DNA from: Paraspadella gotoi
Lineage: Eukaryota; Animalia; Chaetognatha
DNA length: 64,000 bases
Direction: 5' to 3'
Assembly (NCBI GenBank): GCA_051294375.1
Contig: CM119263.1
Location: 7,922,635 to 7,986,634 of the forward strand
The notes below the pieces were generated by a model that saw only the letters and a program-made list of their open reading frames with translations, had not been told where the DNA came from and made no database searches. The translations under genes were made by a program, and so were the position numbers. Shown here one piece after another: positions 50,959-64,000 of the stretch; the first letter of the stretch is position 1, and each line of letters starts with the position of its first letter.

Positions 50959-51378
50959 ATAGTTCTATTTTAAAAATATTTAATTGTCCTTCGGAAATTT
51001 TTTACATTTTAATTTTCGGTTATCAGTTGTGTCGATAAGTTAAACTTTTGTGACCATGGATGAGTCTCCGTTATCGTCGTCTTCTCCGTCGTTGCTCATC
51101 CACAAACAGATTGAAAAGAGATTTAAAAAATGCTAATGCTGCAATCATAAAGATTCGCTGCAGACAGTAGAAGAGCCGTTGTTGGCCATCGAGTGCAGCA
51201 AACTGCGAGTTGGCTCGATGTCAAAATCAGTTTCACAGCCTGCATAATAGGGCGTTTGAAAAATAACGAAATAACAGAATCAAGTGAGGGTTACATATAG
51301 CTAATTTTGGGTGTAATAAAGTATGTAAGAATTCGATGAAATGATATAACTAGTTTTTTATGTATATGTCTCATCTTC

Positions 51379-52141
51379 TTTGTCGGAAATGGCGATTTTT
51401 GCATTATATAAGGTGCTATTAAAAAATGGAGCAAACATTGTAGAGTATAGGAAAACTCAAATTATTAAGATTTTATAAAAGCCCATATTAACTTACATAA
51501 TATGAAAAATAAAGACCCATATAAATATTTTGGTAAGTTTTATTTACAAAATTTTTAATATTTTAATAATAGTCTTAGCTATATTTAAATTAATAATAAA
51601 AATAAAAAAAGCTTAAAGTAAAAAATTAAAAAAATAAAAATTTTTAAACCGGATTTGAACTTTCTTAGCAAAAAGTTGATATAAGGAAAGTAATAATCCA
51701 TTTTTAAAAAATTCTTTCATTAAGTAGGGTGTTGAAAAAATATTAAAAACTATTATTTTTTGTTTAAATTTTTAAATTTTTGGCTTAAGAATTATAGTTT
51801 TTTCTGAAATTTTGACTAACTTAATGATATAATTTGATATAAAAGAAATATATTTTCTTGATAGTTAACTGTTTATGAAAACAATGGCAAATCTATGAAA
51901 AAAATTTTAAATATTATTATTTTTTCACTTTAACCGTAATTTTTTGACTCATAATTATTAATAAATATAGTTAACTAACTTTTTATAAAACATAAATTTA
52001 GAAATAGAACTTACCAAAATATTTTTATAAGTCTTTATTTTTATGTTTCAAAGCTTTTTAATAGATTTGATTTATCATACTAAAATGGTTTTGCTATTTG
52101 TATAACAAATTTTTTAGTCATTGAAACCGTCTTCCGATAAA
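51379..52141. mobile_element. Degenerate AT-rich fold-back/MITE-like element
   Basis: 51505-51545 (aaaaataaagacccatataaatattttggtaagttttattt) is a close reverse complement of 52002-52041. Weaker symmetry extends outward to tttgtcggaa (51379) and ttccgataaa (52141). Confidence 0.55.
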
Positions 52142-52713
52142 TAATTATAGCAGAAAAAATGGTCATCACCATCGAAATTCTACGACTACATTACCTAATG
52201 CTTGTACATCACTTGGATGTTGTTATATTTTGTTATTTTGCTCAACGCTCTACCTGCATAATCAGACCGCCGGGAGACGAATATGCGAATCAAAATGAGC
52301 TCATGCGGCGTTTCGGAGGAGGAGAGGAGAGAGAGAGAGAGAGAGGAGAGAGGAGAGAGAGAGAGAGAGAGAGAAGAGAGATTAATTAATTTACTGTTCT
52401 TTTTCTCTTTTTATCTTCTTTTTCTGCTGCCGAAAAAACGAAACAGGGTGAGTACGAAAAATGCATTTACGTTGTCGCGGGATTTTTAAGCAATGGTGAT
52501 ACCGTTAGAAAAAAATTACAGAGGAAGTAAGTTAAAGATATACTTAAAAAAGTTTTTGGCTACGATTGGATGCCTTCTTTTTAGATATTTGGTTCTAATG
52601 AAATAAAAAATAAATTTAAATGAAAAAAAGCAAACGGTTAAGAAAAATTACAGAAGCATCGTTTGTCATTTTTTGAATAAATTCATCCACTTTCATAAAA
52701 GTTCGTGCTCTCT

Positions 52714-52755
<42 letters not shown>

Positions 52756-53257
52756 CTCTCTCTCTCATCTCTCTCTCTCTCTCTCTTCTCTATGCTGTCC
52801 CGCTCTATTCACTTTCTATTTTCTGAGTCTTTCCCTATTAATCGTTGAATGATTTGATAGGGACAGGAAAAGGAAAGGGGCTTTTCAAAGAAAATGCAAA
52901 GGAGGAGAAACTCGCTCTTGCTTCATCTCGATCTCTCTCTTCTCCTCACAGCAGCACCAAAGCAACACTTTTCACTTTCCTTTCTTCCTCCTGATCTCAC
53001 CTCTCTGACTCTCTCACACGGCATGTCTTCTCTGTCTCTCTCATCTCATCAATTCTCATTTCGTCGCAGCTCTCCATCTCTNNNNNNNNNNNNNNNNNNN
53101 NNNNNNGTCTCTCCTCATCATCATCTCTCTTCTCTTCTCCCTTCTTCCTCCTTTTATCCATCCGGCCTCGGTACCCCCCAGAGATAAAAAATATCTGTAA
53201 GAAATTGTGGAAAAATAAGAGAAATTCTCTCTCTCTCTCTCTTCTCTCCTCTCTCTC

Positions 53258-53303
<46 letters not shown>

Positions 53304-54964
53304 TTCTCTCTCTCTCTGGTCGCGTGTCTTGGATCAGCGTGGCTTTCTTTTGTTTGTGTCTACAGATTCCTCACAATTCTATACATTGTAACGAAGTAAA
53401 AAAATCCCCCCCCCCAAAAAAAGAAAACCTAAAACAAAACTGGTCGACAGACAGAGCTTTTCTCCTTTTTCATTATCTTTTTTTTCCTTTATTTTCTCGG
53501 TAAACATATACATCATCTCTCCATCTCTCTCTCGCTCACCCATTAAAAAAAAAAACTCCCATGAATAAATTATCATTGATAGATAGTTTCTACTACAATA
53601 AGAGCGTTTTTCGTCCGCGTAGGAAAACAAAGGAAGTCGCATGATTAACGAGGCTTCATTACGTAGATCTGGAAAAAAAAGAAGAAAAAATTGGAGGGAA
53701 AAATGAGATAGGATGACGCCGGGGTTTGTGTTTTGAACCGACCTAACGTCCCCTTTGTTTGTTTACATTATATACAAAATATGTGTTAAAAAATTAAAAG
53801 AATTTGTCAGATTTAATTTTTCGTTTGTCTTTTGTGTAGTAAGCGATTAAAAATATAGTTTTGAAAAACCAAAAATATTTTTAAATAAATTAAATCACGG
53901 GATAAAACTTGTGAGGGTAACTTGGTAAGTACTGAAATAATTGAAATAATTTTNNNNNNNNNNGTTATCTTCTCTCTGTGCGAAATCTCCTTCTTCTTCC
54001 ACGCTTCACTTAACGCTTGTCACTACCATCGCCCCCACCAGCAACAGCACTCCCCCCCTAAGCCCGCCCCCCTTCCCCCCACCAAAAAAAAAATGTTTAA
54101 TGAATTATTAACGATCAAGGAAACAAGAAAGTTCATTGGATTTGGAGAGAAAACTAAAGAGTTTTGAATACAATACGTACTTTGTTGGATTTATTGGACG
54201 TAAGGATGAGATCGATAATGAAGATGAAAAGTTAGGGATGACTTTGAAGAAGCGAAGCTTTTCTTTGTTTCGTTCTGACGTCTGGTTTTCTCCCCTTTTC
54301 GTCTCGCGACATGGCGAGAAAATGCCCTTTTTAAATATTTAAGCTCGAGAAGAAGAAAATGAGGGGAGAAGAGGAGAAAGAGAGAAGGATACAAGAAAAG
54401 AAAAAAGAAAAAGAAACAAAGAGAGAGAGAGAAGGATGAAGCAATGTTTGTCTGTAGAGCCTTGCGGACAGAATCCTTTTTTTTTGGGGGGGGGTTGCGC
54501 TGGATTCGTAGAAAACATCTGTTTCAGAAGGATGGAAGCAATGAAGAGAAAAGAGCAAAGAAAAGCGAAAAGTAAAAAAAAAGATGATAAGAAGAAAAGA
54601 GACAATGACGATGAAAGGAGACAATGGGCGACTTTGCGTGAGGAAAAATTTTCAATTTAACGAGAAAAGAATAAAACAATAAAAGAGATGTAAACATTCA
54701 CCGACTGCAACTAGAAAGTATTTCCAGTTAACCAGTGAAACTTTTTGGGTTAATTTTACTTTCGCCGACCGGGAGGGGTTTAGTGTTAAGGGTGGTTTAG
54801 GGATGGTTTTTTGGTATGGGGTGGTTAGGGTTAAGTGGGTTTATGGTTAGGTTAATTAGGTAATAATTTTTTTACATCAAGTTATCGTTGTAAGGAAAAT
54901 GACTTATTAATTGTTATTAGTTCTTCATAAAACTAAAAGTGATCGTCCCATTTCTTTTGTTCAG

Positions 54965-55239
54965 GTTCTCGCGAGTCATCAATAAACCTTCATCGCCAAA
55001 GAAGACTTCGTAGCAACGACATTGGGTCCCGCCAATCATCGCTCACAACCGGCGAGGCCGAACTTCCTTCGCGGAAACGTTTGACGTTTCCATTAGGATA
55101 CGCCCACCGAAGAAGCCTCGTCACTTCCGCTATAACATCCAGCGTCGACGATGGCATCGAACTTCCCGAAATTTGCATCAATGATGGCATCGACCGTGAC
55201 TTCAATGATGGCATCGTCGTTTGCACATTGGTTCCATGA
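54965..55239 (+). CDS. Possible orphan terminal coding exon, product unknown
   Basis: A strong acceptor tttcttttgttcag is followed by a 90-codon open frame SRESSINLHRQRR...DDGIELPEICINDGIDRDFNDGIVVCTLVP*. It is a GC-richer island in AT-rich flanks. No upstream exons or homology were recognised. Confidence 0.3.
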
Positions 55240-57004
55240 TCGCAAGCGCGCCGCTTTCCTTTTGTTTCTCAGCTTTAACGCCAACGACGACGACTATTTA
55301 TAAAAAAAATGAGAATCTTTTACTTTGTTTTATTTTTGTGTAAAAAGTTGATCTCAAATTATGTTTGGGACCGTCCGTCGCTGCTACGTAAAAAAAATAT
55401 AAGATAGACGCAAGAGTATCACGCAATTGTAAATATATCTATGCTTGTATTTGGTAGCCTACGTATTTTTTAATTATTATTTAAACATTTTATTCTCTCT
55501 CTCGTTGCCGTTTTCAATAACTTTTTGTTTCACGATTTTTAATTTTTATTTCAGTAGGTCATTCATGTTTAGGCGTAATACTTTTAAAACTTATGATTGT
55601 ATCCCGTTAATGAGAAAATTCATTGTAAAAAGTTTTTTTTTTTTTTTTGAATAATTGAGAATGAATGCGGGTCAAATTCAAATTCATTACATCTTTTTAC
55701 AACCGGTCGACTGCGCTGATCTTCAGTGTACAATGTTTTTTTTTCGAAAATATTGATAAAATTTTGTTAAAACGACAGAAGGTACACCGTATTATTTAAA
55801 AGCAAATCATTTTTAAAGTTATATTTCAATTTAAGATTTCGATCTCAAATTTCAAAAAGTTAAAAAATATTCTGGTTCGCAGTGCGAAATTTCAAAATAC
55901 GTTATTGTACCTTCCGTCTTTTTAGCTAGTGTTCTACGTATTTGCCACGTTTTATTGTAATCCTTGAGTTTACTAATTTAATATTGTAAATAAAAGCTTC
56001 AATTATCAAACTGATTAATTTTTGAATAAAAAAAAATCAAAGTTAGATCACAGTTGAAAAAGATAACTATGTACTCCATACAATTTCATGTATTTACGGA
56101 ATTACGCAAAAAATATCGCCATTGCTGTTGTGACCTTTAAATTGACCTTTAAATTTTTTTTTCAAAACCTTATCGAGTTTAAAAACAAAAGGCTTCGCTA
56201 ACCAACGACTTTGCACCGACACTATCCTTCTGATTCGAAACTTTAATCCGGCTCGGACATCCCGCCAGGTTTGGCGGGCGACCCGTGGAGAGGCGCGCCG
56301 ACGCCGAGACGCCGAACTCACGTCAAAGAATTCCCGAGAGAGGCGCTGCAAGGAATGACTCAGTTCTGGATGACTGGGCAATTGGTATAGCGAAGCGAAG
56401 AATAAGTAATTTCGGTTAATGCCCCAAATTTTAAAAAAAGTTTAGAAATTGTGAAATATATTGTGAAGGGCTGAAAATACTAACTTAGTTTTCAATCGTT
56501 AAGAAAATCAAAACAATTATTAATCATTTAGAGCTGGAAATTAACTTAGATTTACAAGTGATTCTTTAATCACTCGAATCTTTCGATTTTTTTATTCGCG
56601 TGAGGGAAATTATCCGCAGCGAAAACTGGCCGCCGCCGCCGCCGCCGCTGCGCTGTCCCGTCGCAGAATCAACAGCGTTTATTGCAGGAGGAGGCAGCGT
56701 TGACTGCGGCGTTTGTCGCGCCTTGAAATCGGCTAATTTGAGGACTTGGTGACGTTATTTCATTCTCAGGCAAGAAAATAATTATTGAATAGGTTACATA
56801 AATATGTTGCAGAGAAGGAAAAATGTGTTCATTTTTGTTGCAAAAATCTTTCATGGGTCTAAAAAAACATTGGAAAAGGCAGTTAGAAAAACAACAGTTA
56901 TTTAGGAAAGAAATTACTTACAGGAGAATTGTCAAATTCTCCCAAAAATTAATCCCTCAAAAAAGTAAAGGTGTTGTTTGAGAAACACTTGTCTCTCTCT
57001 TTCA

Positions 57005-57139
<135 letters not shown>

Positions 57140-60076
57140 ACAGATTGGAAGACAAATCTATCAAATATACTGAGTCAGTATTACTGACACTTGAATGTGA
57201 GAATAATTTCGAAAACGAGACTTAATAAAGTCAGTTCGCCTTTGAAAAATGATAATGGCGTCCTGCTTAATTCTTTTTTATTTAATTATTTTTGTTCATT
57301 TAATTATTCATTTTTATTTATTTAAGTATTTATTTATAAACATACAAAATTCCCAATTTTCATCCTCAAACGACGTATCTTTCACGTAACCCTCATTACC
57401 CCAGCGGGTCGTCATACTTTGACGGTTCGCCCCTATTTTCTTGCCCTATTGTGGAGACCTCCTGGATGTCTCTCTATCCCGGAGAGGGGCGTCCCGTCTT
57501 TGTCACGCCGTAGATCTTCATGGTCATCATGGTCGTCGTCGTCGTGATCCGCGTTGGCCTCATAATTGGAAACTGTGCCAGCCGTACGAACCGTACGATC
57601 GCTTCGGTCTTCATATGGATATCATGATTTTTCAAAAAGTTTTTGCTTGGAGATCCAAAAACTTCGTATCTTTTCTGTTTTACTGATTTTAAATCTCTTA
57701 TTGTAGGTAATTCTTGATTTTCGTTTTGTTTTTTTTTATTTTTTGGTAAATTGTAAATTTGTATTTATACATTTGTTAGTAAGTACTATTTTTACTACGT
57801 GTTAATTTTTGGGCGGGCTTTGTTTTTGTTGTTGTGTTTGTTTTGGTTGTTGTTGTTGTTTTTGTTGTTGTTTCCGTCTGAAAGAAGATTAAGAAAAATA
57901 AGACGCTAAAGACTTGTCATTGTCAAAAGAATGCTCAGCCTCAGTTAAATAATTAGAGTCAAAAGACGAAAAAAGACAAAAGAAGGCAAGACGTAAATCT
58001 TGAATAAAAAATGGATTCAAAATAAGAGACAAGATTCAGATTGACTGATATTTTGGAAATTTCGATGTGAGATAGTTAGTAATTGAAAAGCGTCTGAGAA
58101 AAAAATACAAAACGGAGTAAAATGAATCAATTAAAAATGGATGAATAAACCGGCCGAGAATCTTTAAGAAAAAAGGAGGATAAGAATAAAGCGAAATACG
58201 GAGGAGAGATCACATCCATGGGGGACGAGTATGAAGCCCTGGGGGGTCTTTCAAAGAGGCGGGGGGGGGGAGGTATGGTGTTTCGGGTGAGCGGTGATGA
58301 AATTACGAAGACGAAAGAAGAGGGGGGGAATGGTAAAATGCCAATTAACTACTAGAGGGAGATAGAGAGTTAAAAAAAATGTAGGGCACCGGTTGCCCAG
58401 AGGGAAGACGAGTTGATGAAAGAAAAAGAGAAAGTGGAGGTGAGAAAAGAGAAGATTAAAAAGAAAAGAAAAAGAAGAAGAAAAGCATAGAGGATGGAAG
58501 GGAAGGGGAAAAGGGCAAGGGTCATGAGCAATGGGGAATGAAAAAAAAATAGAGAGAAGAGAATTTTTGGAAAAAAAATAGAAATATTTTTTTTTCTTTT
58601 TTCTGAGAATGAGAGGGGGGGAAGTAAAAAAAAATAACTGACAGGGGAGTGAGGAATAAGGGAGCGGAGACTGGGGTGAAGGCAGAGATAGAGACAGAGA
58701 GAGAGAAAAACAAAGAGTGAGTGAAAGCGAGAGAGAGAGAGGGACAGAGACCGGCCGTGGCTGGAATTGGAGGAGAAAGGGAAAGGAAAAAAAAATCTAA
58801 AAAGCTGTTTTTTCAAAAAACTAATTCGAAGCCTCAGAAAAAAAAAACCTAAAAGAAAACAAACTTTTTAGAAGAGGAGTTTTCATTGCTGAGCCAAGCA
58901 GGGATGGAAGAGAAGAAAGTTTGGGATGAGAAGCGTCTTTAATTATGGTAGGGAGGAGGAAGAGGATGAGGAATGACGGGGCGAAAGGAATCAGGAGGGG
59001 GGCATTCTGCTCGTATTTCATGGAGTAAAACCCCCCCCGTCGTGTCTGGGCTCTTAAAATGCTCTTTCGTCTCCTTAACTTCATTCTCTATTTTCGTATT
59101 ACTCATTAACACAGACTTAAATATTCACATCGTGATCCTGCATTATTGTTTTTAAAATCACCAATCACGATACCGTTTTCTCAACTCCCGCTGAATACGA
59201 ATTTCACCACAAAAACCTTTGGTTCCCCCTTAAATATCCCCTTTTCTCCCTTTTCGAACCCTTTTTCCAGAAGAGCCCCGAGGGGTTTCATGCCCATTTT
59301 ATCCCGGGTCAATAAAGTTCCAAATTTTCCTTTGCCATTTTTTGGGGGCTCTTTTTTATTGCGGTTTCTATCGTCACCCGATTCTCCCTTTGTCTTTCAC
59401 TTAACCACTTAGTCCTGACCTCAATTCACGCCCAACCCTGGGGTACGGCTTTCGGTCATTATTCTCTCTATATATATATTCGCATATCCCGATCTCTTTT
59501 TAAATGTTTAAAAAGGAAAATAGTTGATTAGTAAATCCTTCTGATAATCATCCGACACAAAAAATAAAGCCTACGTGGCTTGCAGAAAGAAAAAAAGATA
59601 AATTATCCACTTCAATATAGTCGGTAACGAATATAATGACTTAATTTCGGCTGTCGGTTTAATAAAAAAAAAATTAATTAGCCAAAAGAAAAAAAAATGC
59701 AATAGTAACTAAAAGTTTGATTTATATTTTGCACAAAAAATAACTGTCGTGTGGCGGACATAGTGGCCCGCTTGAGTTGACCCCGTGGTGGCGAAACTCT
59801 CTTCGCCACACTCGCTTCATCAATCATATATTCTCTTGAACATGAAAGGCAAAACTATGATATTCTGACACCATAATGCTTAAGTAATTTCCAGTCTGAC
59901 GAACGACCGACTTCGGAAATCAGGCGAAGAATTAATTGATCTGAGAAGCTTAAAAAAGCTCGGTAAACGATATCGTATCGTTTATTGGATTTTCGACTCT
60001 GAAAATAAATAACAACAACAACAACCAAAGAATTAAAGACTATAAACATTAAACAAGTCGGATTCAAACTCGCGAG

Positions 60077-62802
60077 ATGTCGTTGCCTCCTATCGTTCGA
60101 TCGAAAAAGTCCATTTTGGAAAACAGGTCTTATCATTGATTGATAAATTGCTTGCTTTGAGTTTAAAGCCTTTTAACGTTAATCATTGACGGAACGACCC
60201 CCCCCCCAATTGTCAAAACATCTCCATCCCCTCGCTTATCAGCCCACCCTCCCCCAAACTTCCCGTCCGCACGGTTCTTCCCAACATCAACGTGAACCGG
60301 TTCTCCGAGGACTCGGACCTTTCCGACCGCCGGTTCCGCGTCCGAAACACTTTGGAATCGATCCTCGAGGAGAAACCGTCGGAGGATGAGGTGGCGCCAG
60401 AGTCGGAGATCGACGTCACGGCGGTCATCAACAAGACGAGGTTGGTGTTCGATTTGGACCCGATTGTTGACCTTAATTTTTCAAATTAATTATCATTGTG
60501 GTCCGTAATTAACGTAATTGACGTAACATGAAAAGGAATTTTAGTAAATTTTAAATCGGTTCGAAAGTCGTTCTTCCTTCGATTGAGATTCGGGAATCCC
60601 CCAAATAAACATGAGGAAAATTTAACTTTTGACTTTTTCGCAATTCGAAGATAAATAGTCAGAAGGTTCTACTTAGATTTTTTTTTCTTTGGAAAACAGT
60701 GCAGAGATGCATCCGGTACAGAAGAAAGCTTATCGAATCCGCAACTACAGAACAAACCTTGTCACGATTAACGCTCAAAGAGTTATGAATATCCTGCACG
60801 AAGGGTGAGATACGTCGTCGTCACGTTGGTCCAGAAAAAGAGGCATGCAACAATAAAAAAAAATATATAAAAAAATTTTTATAGTATTTTATTACTTGCG
60901 TTGCTGTCAATGCATGATATTTAGCGAAATAAACATTACGCATTCATCGTGGAACAGAAAAACATTCAAAAAACTTTAGTTTTACCGATATTTTCATCAG
61001 TTTCTCCCGCGATTTTTAAGAGTGACCAACATCGACATGGGATTTTTGATCCCCATCCTTTGTCGCAACATCGTCAAGGCGCCGACGACGCTGCTTGGGA
61101 AACCCACTAACGAAATGCTGCGGTTTCAGGGGCTGTTGAAGAATTTCTTTGACGATCGTCAAATGCTGGGGGGCAAGCAGATATTCGAAGGCGAGGTTGT
61201 CTCGGTAAGAAGAGTTTCCGTTGTCCGCCGGTATATTCTGAACGCCACATCGAAATGCTGTTACGTGATGAATTGTGATATTTCGCTTAAAACTTTGTTA
61301 TTTTATTTAATACTTTTCTAATAAGTGTTAAATCAGAGGATGCTCGTTGCGCGTATGAAAGTTTAATGTTGCGTCTGAGGTTTATTTTTTTATTTTTTAA
61401 TTTTAATTTACTTTATTTTATTATTATTTTATTTTATTTTCGTTAAAAGACCGACAGCCAAAAATCAGTCGTGACTTTTCGACTTCACGATCGTGAGACG
61501 CAAATCAAGCTCAAAATTAGAACTCTCTTCAAGTCGGTTATGTTCGGTTTGTGAGTTAATTAGTTTCATTGCAATGACACATAGTTTTTTGTTTTGTTTT
61601 GTTCCTTAGATTGATTCAAGGAATTCAACACGAAGAAGAATCTTGGGCAAGTTACGCTTGATATGTTCAAAGTTTAATCAAATCAAAAATAAATCTTCAA
61701 GTTATTGTAATTACTATAATAAATACTGATAAATCTCAATTCCAAATCGAAAACCATTTTTTTCAGGAATTTTTGGAATCTCTGAGAGATAAAAAAACCG
61801 AGGTGGCCCAGGCGTTGGAGGAAGATTTAGACAAGTAAGAACGACTACAACGACAACAAATGAGAAAACAGTAAGGGGGATTGGGGGGGGGGGGTGGTTT
61901 CCGATCAAAGAATCAATCGGAGTTCCTCTTTATTACTTATTATTCTTTTTCAGAAACAAAAGATATTAGACAATTTATAACCTCTTTCCATTCTCGCTCC
62001 TTTCTCTTTGCGTTTGACAATCTTCCTTTCTAATAAAGTAAGTACTCTCTGACGTTTCGTCCTCTCTTCTTTCCTTTTATTTGTCTCGCTCTCTTTCGCT
62101 CCTTTCCCGGTTCAGCCTTTACTCACCTTTTTCCCCCCTGATTTCCTCCTTCCGCCTAATTCGCGTCTCACTCTCCCCCCGCCCTCCCCCCTCCTCTTCC
62201 TCTCTCAAGTCTCCGCACGACGATGTTCGAGCGAATGTCGATGGGTCAACCGGAAGTGCTCGACATGGCGAGGAAGATCGCCGACGCCCTCTCCAGGCGG
62301 CGGCTGCAGAGAATCACCATCGAGGAATTGGGGATGGAGTTTGGAAAGGTTGGGGAGTGGGGAGCGTGGCTTGAGGATTGTTAAAAAGTAAACAAAGANN
62401 NNNNNNNNCTCTCTCTCTCTAGCATGAGACCCTTACGAAAAAACTTTGCGACGATCTCGATGCACAAATCAAAAAAGTCATGGACAATTTGGCGGACGTT
62501 CAAAAGAAATCCATTCTACAGGTTCGCTTTCATATGTACATATATGTTATATAACTAACTTTCAGCACTTATCAGACGAAAAAACGTCACAGTATCATGA
62601 ACGCCACTCACGACGTTAAAGATAACTGGGAGAAGAGAATGGATAAACTGGAATTTTTAAAGTGAATGAATAATAAAAATAATAAATAAAATAATAAAGA
62701 AATAAAGAAATAAAGAAATAAAGAAATAAAGAAATAAATAAAGAAATAAAGAAATAAAGAAATAAAGAAATAAATAAATAAAGAAATAAAGAAATAAAGA
62801 AA

Positions 62803-62833
<31 letters not shown>

Positions 62834-63593
62834 AGAAATAAAGAAATAAAGAAATAAAGAAATAAATGTTAGAAATGCTTTAAAGAGAAGATGATATTTA
62901 TGACTGTCATTGCAGGAAAGAGATGCAGTTGGCTGTTGATACCGTCAAAGAGGAACACGTCAAACACGAGATCAAACTTCGAGAAAAAAAGTATAAAATG
63001 GAGACAGAAAAGGAGAATTGGATAGCGAAGTACGACAAGGTAAACAAGTGTTCTCAAGTTTCTTTTAAATAAAACTACAATGACAGCAATATTTAAATTC
63101 TACCCATGAAATTACCAATCCACGGCAACCGCTAGGATGTCGGAAACCTCCAGGACAAGTTCGACTTGATTTGGGTCGTCTACGCGGCGCAGAGGAAAAT
63201 CCTCGACGATCTGGAGGCGAGGTTCGCCGTGTTGGAAATCACCTACAACGAGTTGGTGGCGCAACGGGAGGCTGAGGAGGCGGAAAGGGTGAGCGGGGGT
63301 GGACACTGGACGGGGGGGGGGGTTTGGAGAGTCGAAAAGGGCAGCGACTAAAATTTAAGTAAGACAATGGATTTTCTAAATGTTTTTTTTTAACCTGACA
63401 ATCGGTGACGAAATTATTTTCATTGGTCGATCACGTGACTGTTTTTCCTCACCGTCGGCGCCAACTTTTCCAGACTCGTGCCAAACGTGAACTCTTGTCC
63501 ATGAACAAAGCGGCCATGATCATCCAAGCGTTCTGGAGGACGCGTGCCGTTCTCAAGCGGCTGCAGAGCAAGAAGAACAAGGGAAAGAAGTAA
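60077..63593 (+). CDS. IQCD: IQ domain-containing protein D / dynein regulatory complex subunit 10, about 487 aa. Exons 60077-60126, 60243-60440, 60700-60804, 61021-61204, 61450-61550, 61610-61646, 61767-61834, 62210-62348, 62423-62521, 62576-62661, 62916-63039, 63136-63288, 63474-63593
   Basis: Phase-consistent hand splicing gives 1464 nt with no internal stop. Recognisable IQCD segments are RTNLVTINAQRVMNILHEG, LRTTMFERM, KLREKKYKMETEKENWIAKYDKDVG (cf. [20 protein letters not shown]) and a C-terminal IQ motif KAAMIIQAFWRTRAVLKRL with a basic tail. The first two exons are less certain than the rest. Confidence 0.85.
62670..62866. repeat. (AAATAAAG)n/(AAAT)n repeat in an IQCD intron
   Basis: Direct reading. 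Confidence 0.9.
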
Positions 63594-64000
63594 AGGAAGA
63601 ACAACAAAAACAAAAAAACAAAAAAAATGGGAGAAGTCCGGTAAAAGAAAGAAGCGCGAAAGAGAGGAGAAGTGAACATGAAAAAAAAAACGAAGAGAAA
63701 AAAAAATTTTCTAAGGTAGATTATGCGCAGTTTAAAATAAGTTTGTAGCTTATACAAAGTTTTTGAACTTATACTAATAGATATGAAGAAATGTTTAATC
63801 GTCCATAGGAGAACTTCAAATAGAATATCGATTTTGAAAGTATTAGTTTTAATTTATTCAGTATCATTCAACTTAAATATAACTTTATAAGCTAGTTATT
63901 TTTATCAACTTTTGATGCTTTCTATTTTTTTGTTTTTTTGGTTTGAGATTGTAGAGGGCGGGAAGTAGCGATAAAACAAGAAAATATAACAGATTGACAG

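Overview
Draft-quality eukaryotic genomic DNA, most likely a protostome animal. It has many N gaps, stretches that look like unpolished long reads, and dense (GA)n, (GAC)n and (AAAG)n microsatellites, so most of the six-frame ORFs are repeat artefacts. Two spliced genes can be rebuilt by hand. The first is a Cip/Kip (p21/p27/p57/dacapo-type) CDK inhibitor: its start codon lies in a gap, and an 8.2 kb intron splits the PIP degron. Upstream it has four CCAAT boxes and a CHR element. The second is a 13-exon IQCD/DRC10 gene at 60077-63593 with one GC-AG intron. The most unusual signal is a family of three dispersed, ORF-less hairpin insertions of about 190-215 bp (11.5, 47.4 and 50.8 kb). Each carries a hammerhead-ribozyme core at the hairpin centre, a conserved one-sided tail and a 12-14 bp target-site duplication, consistent with miniature Penelope-like retroelements. 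The window also holds a 515 bp TRIM-like LTR mini-element, degenerate RT and fold-back remnants, and several minisatellites. All homology calls come from motif recognition, not database searches.
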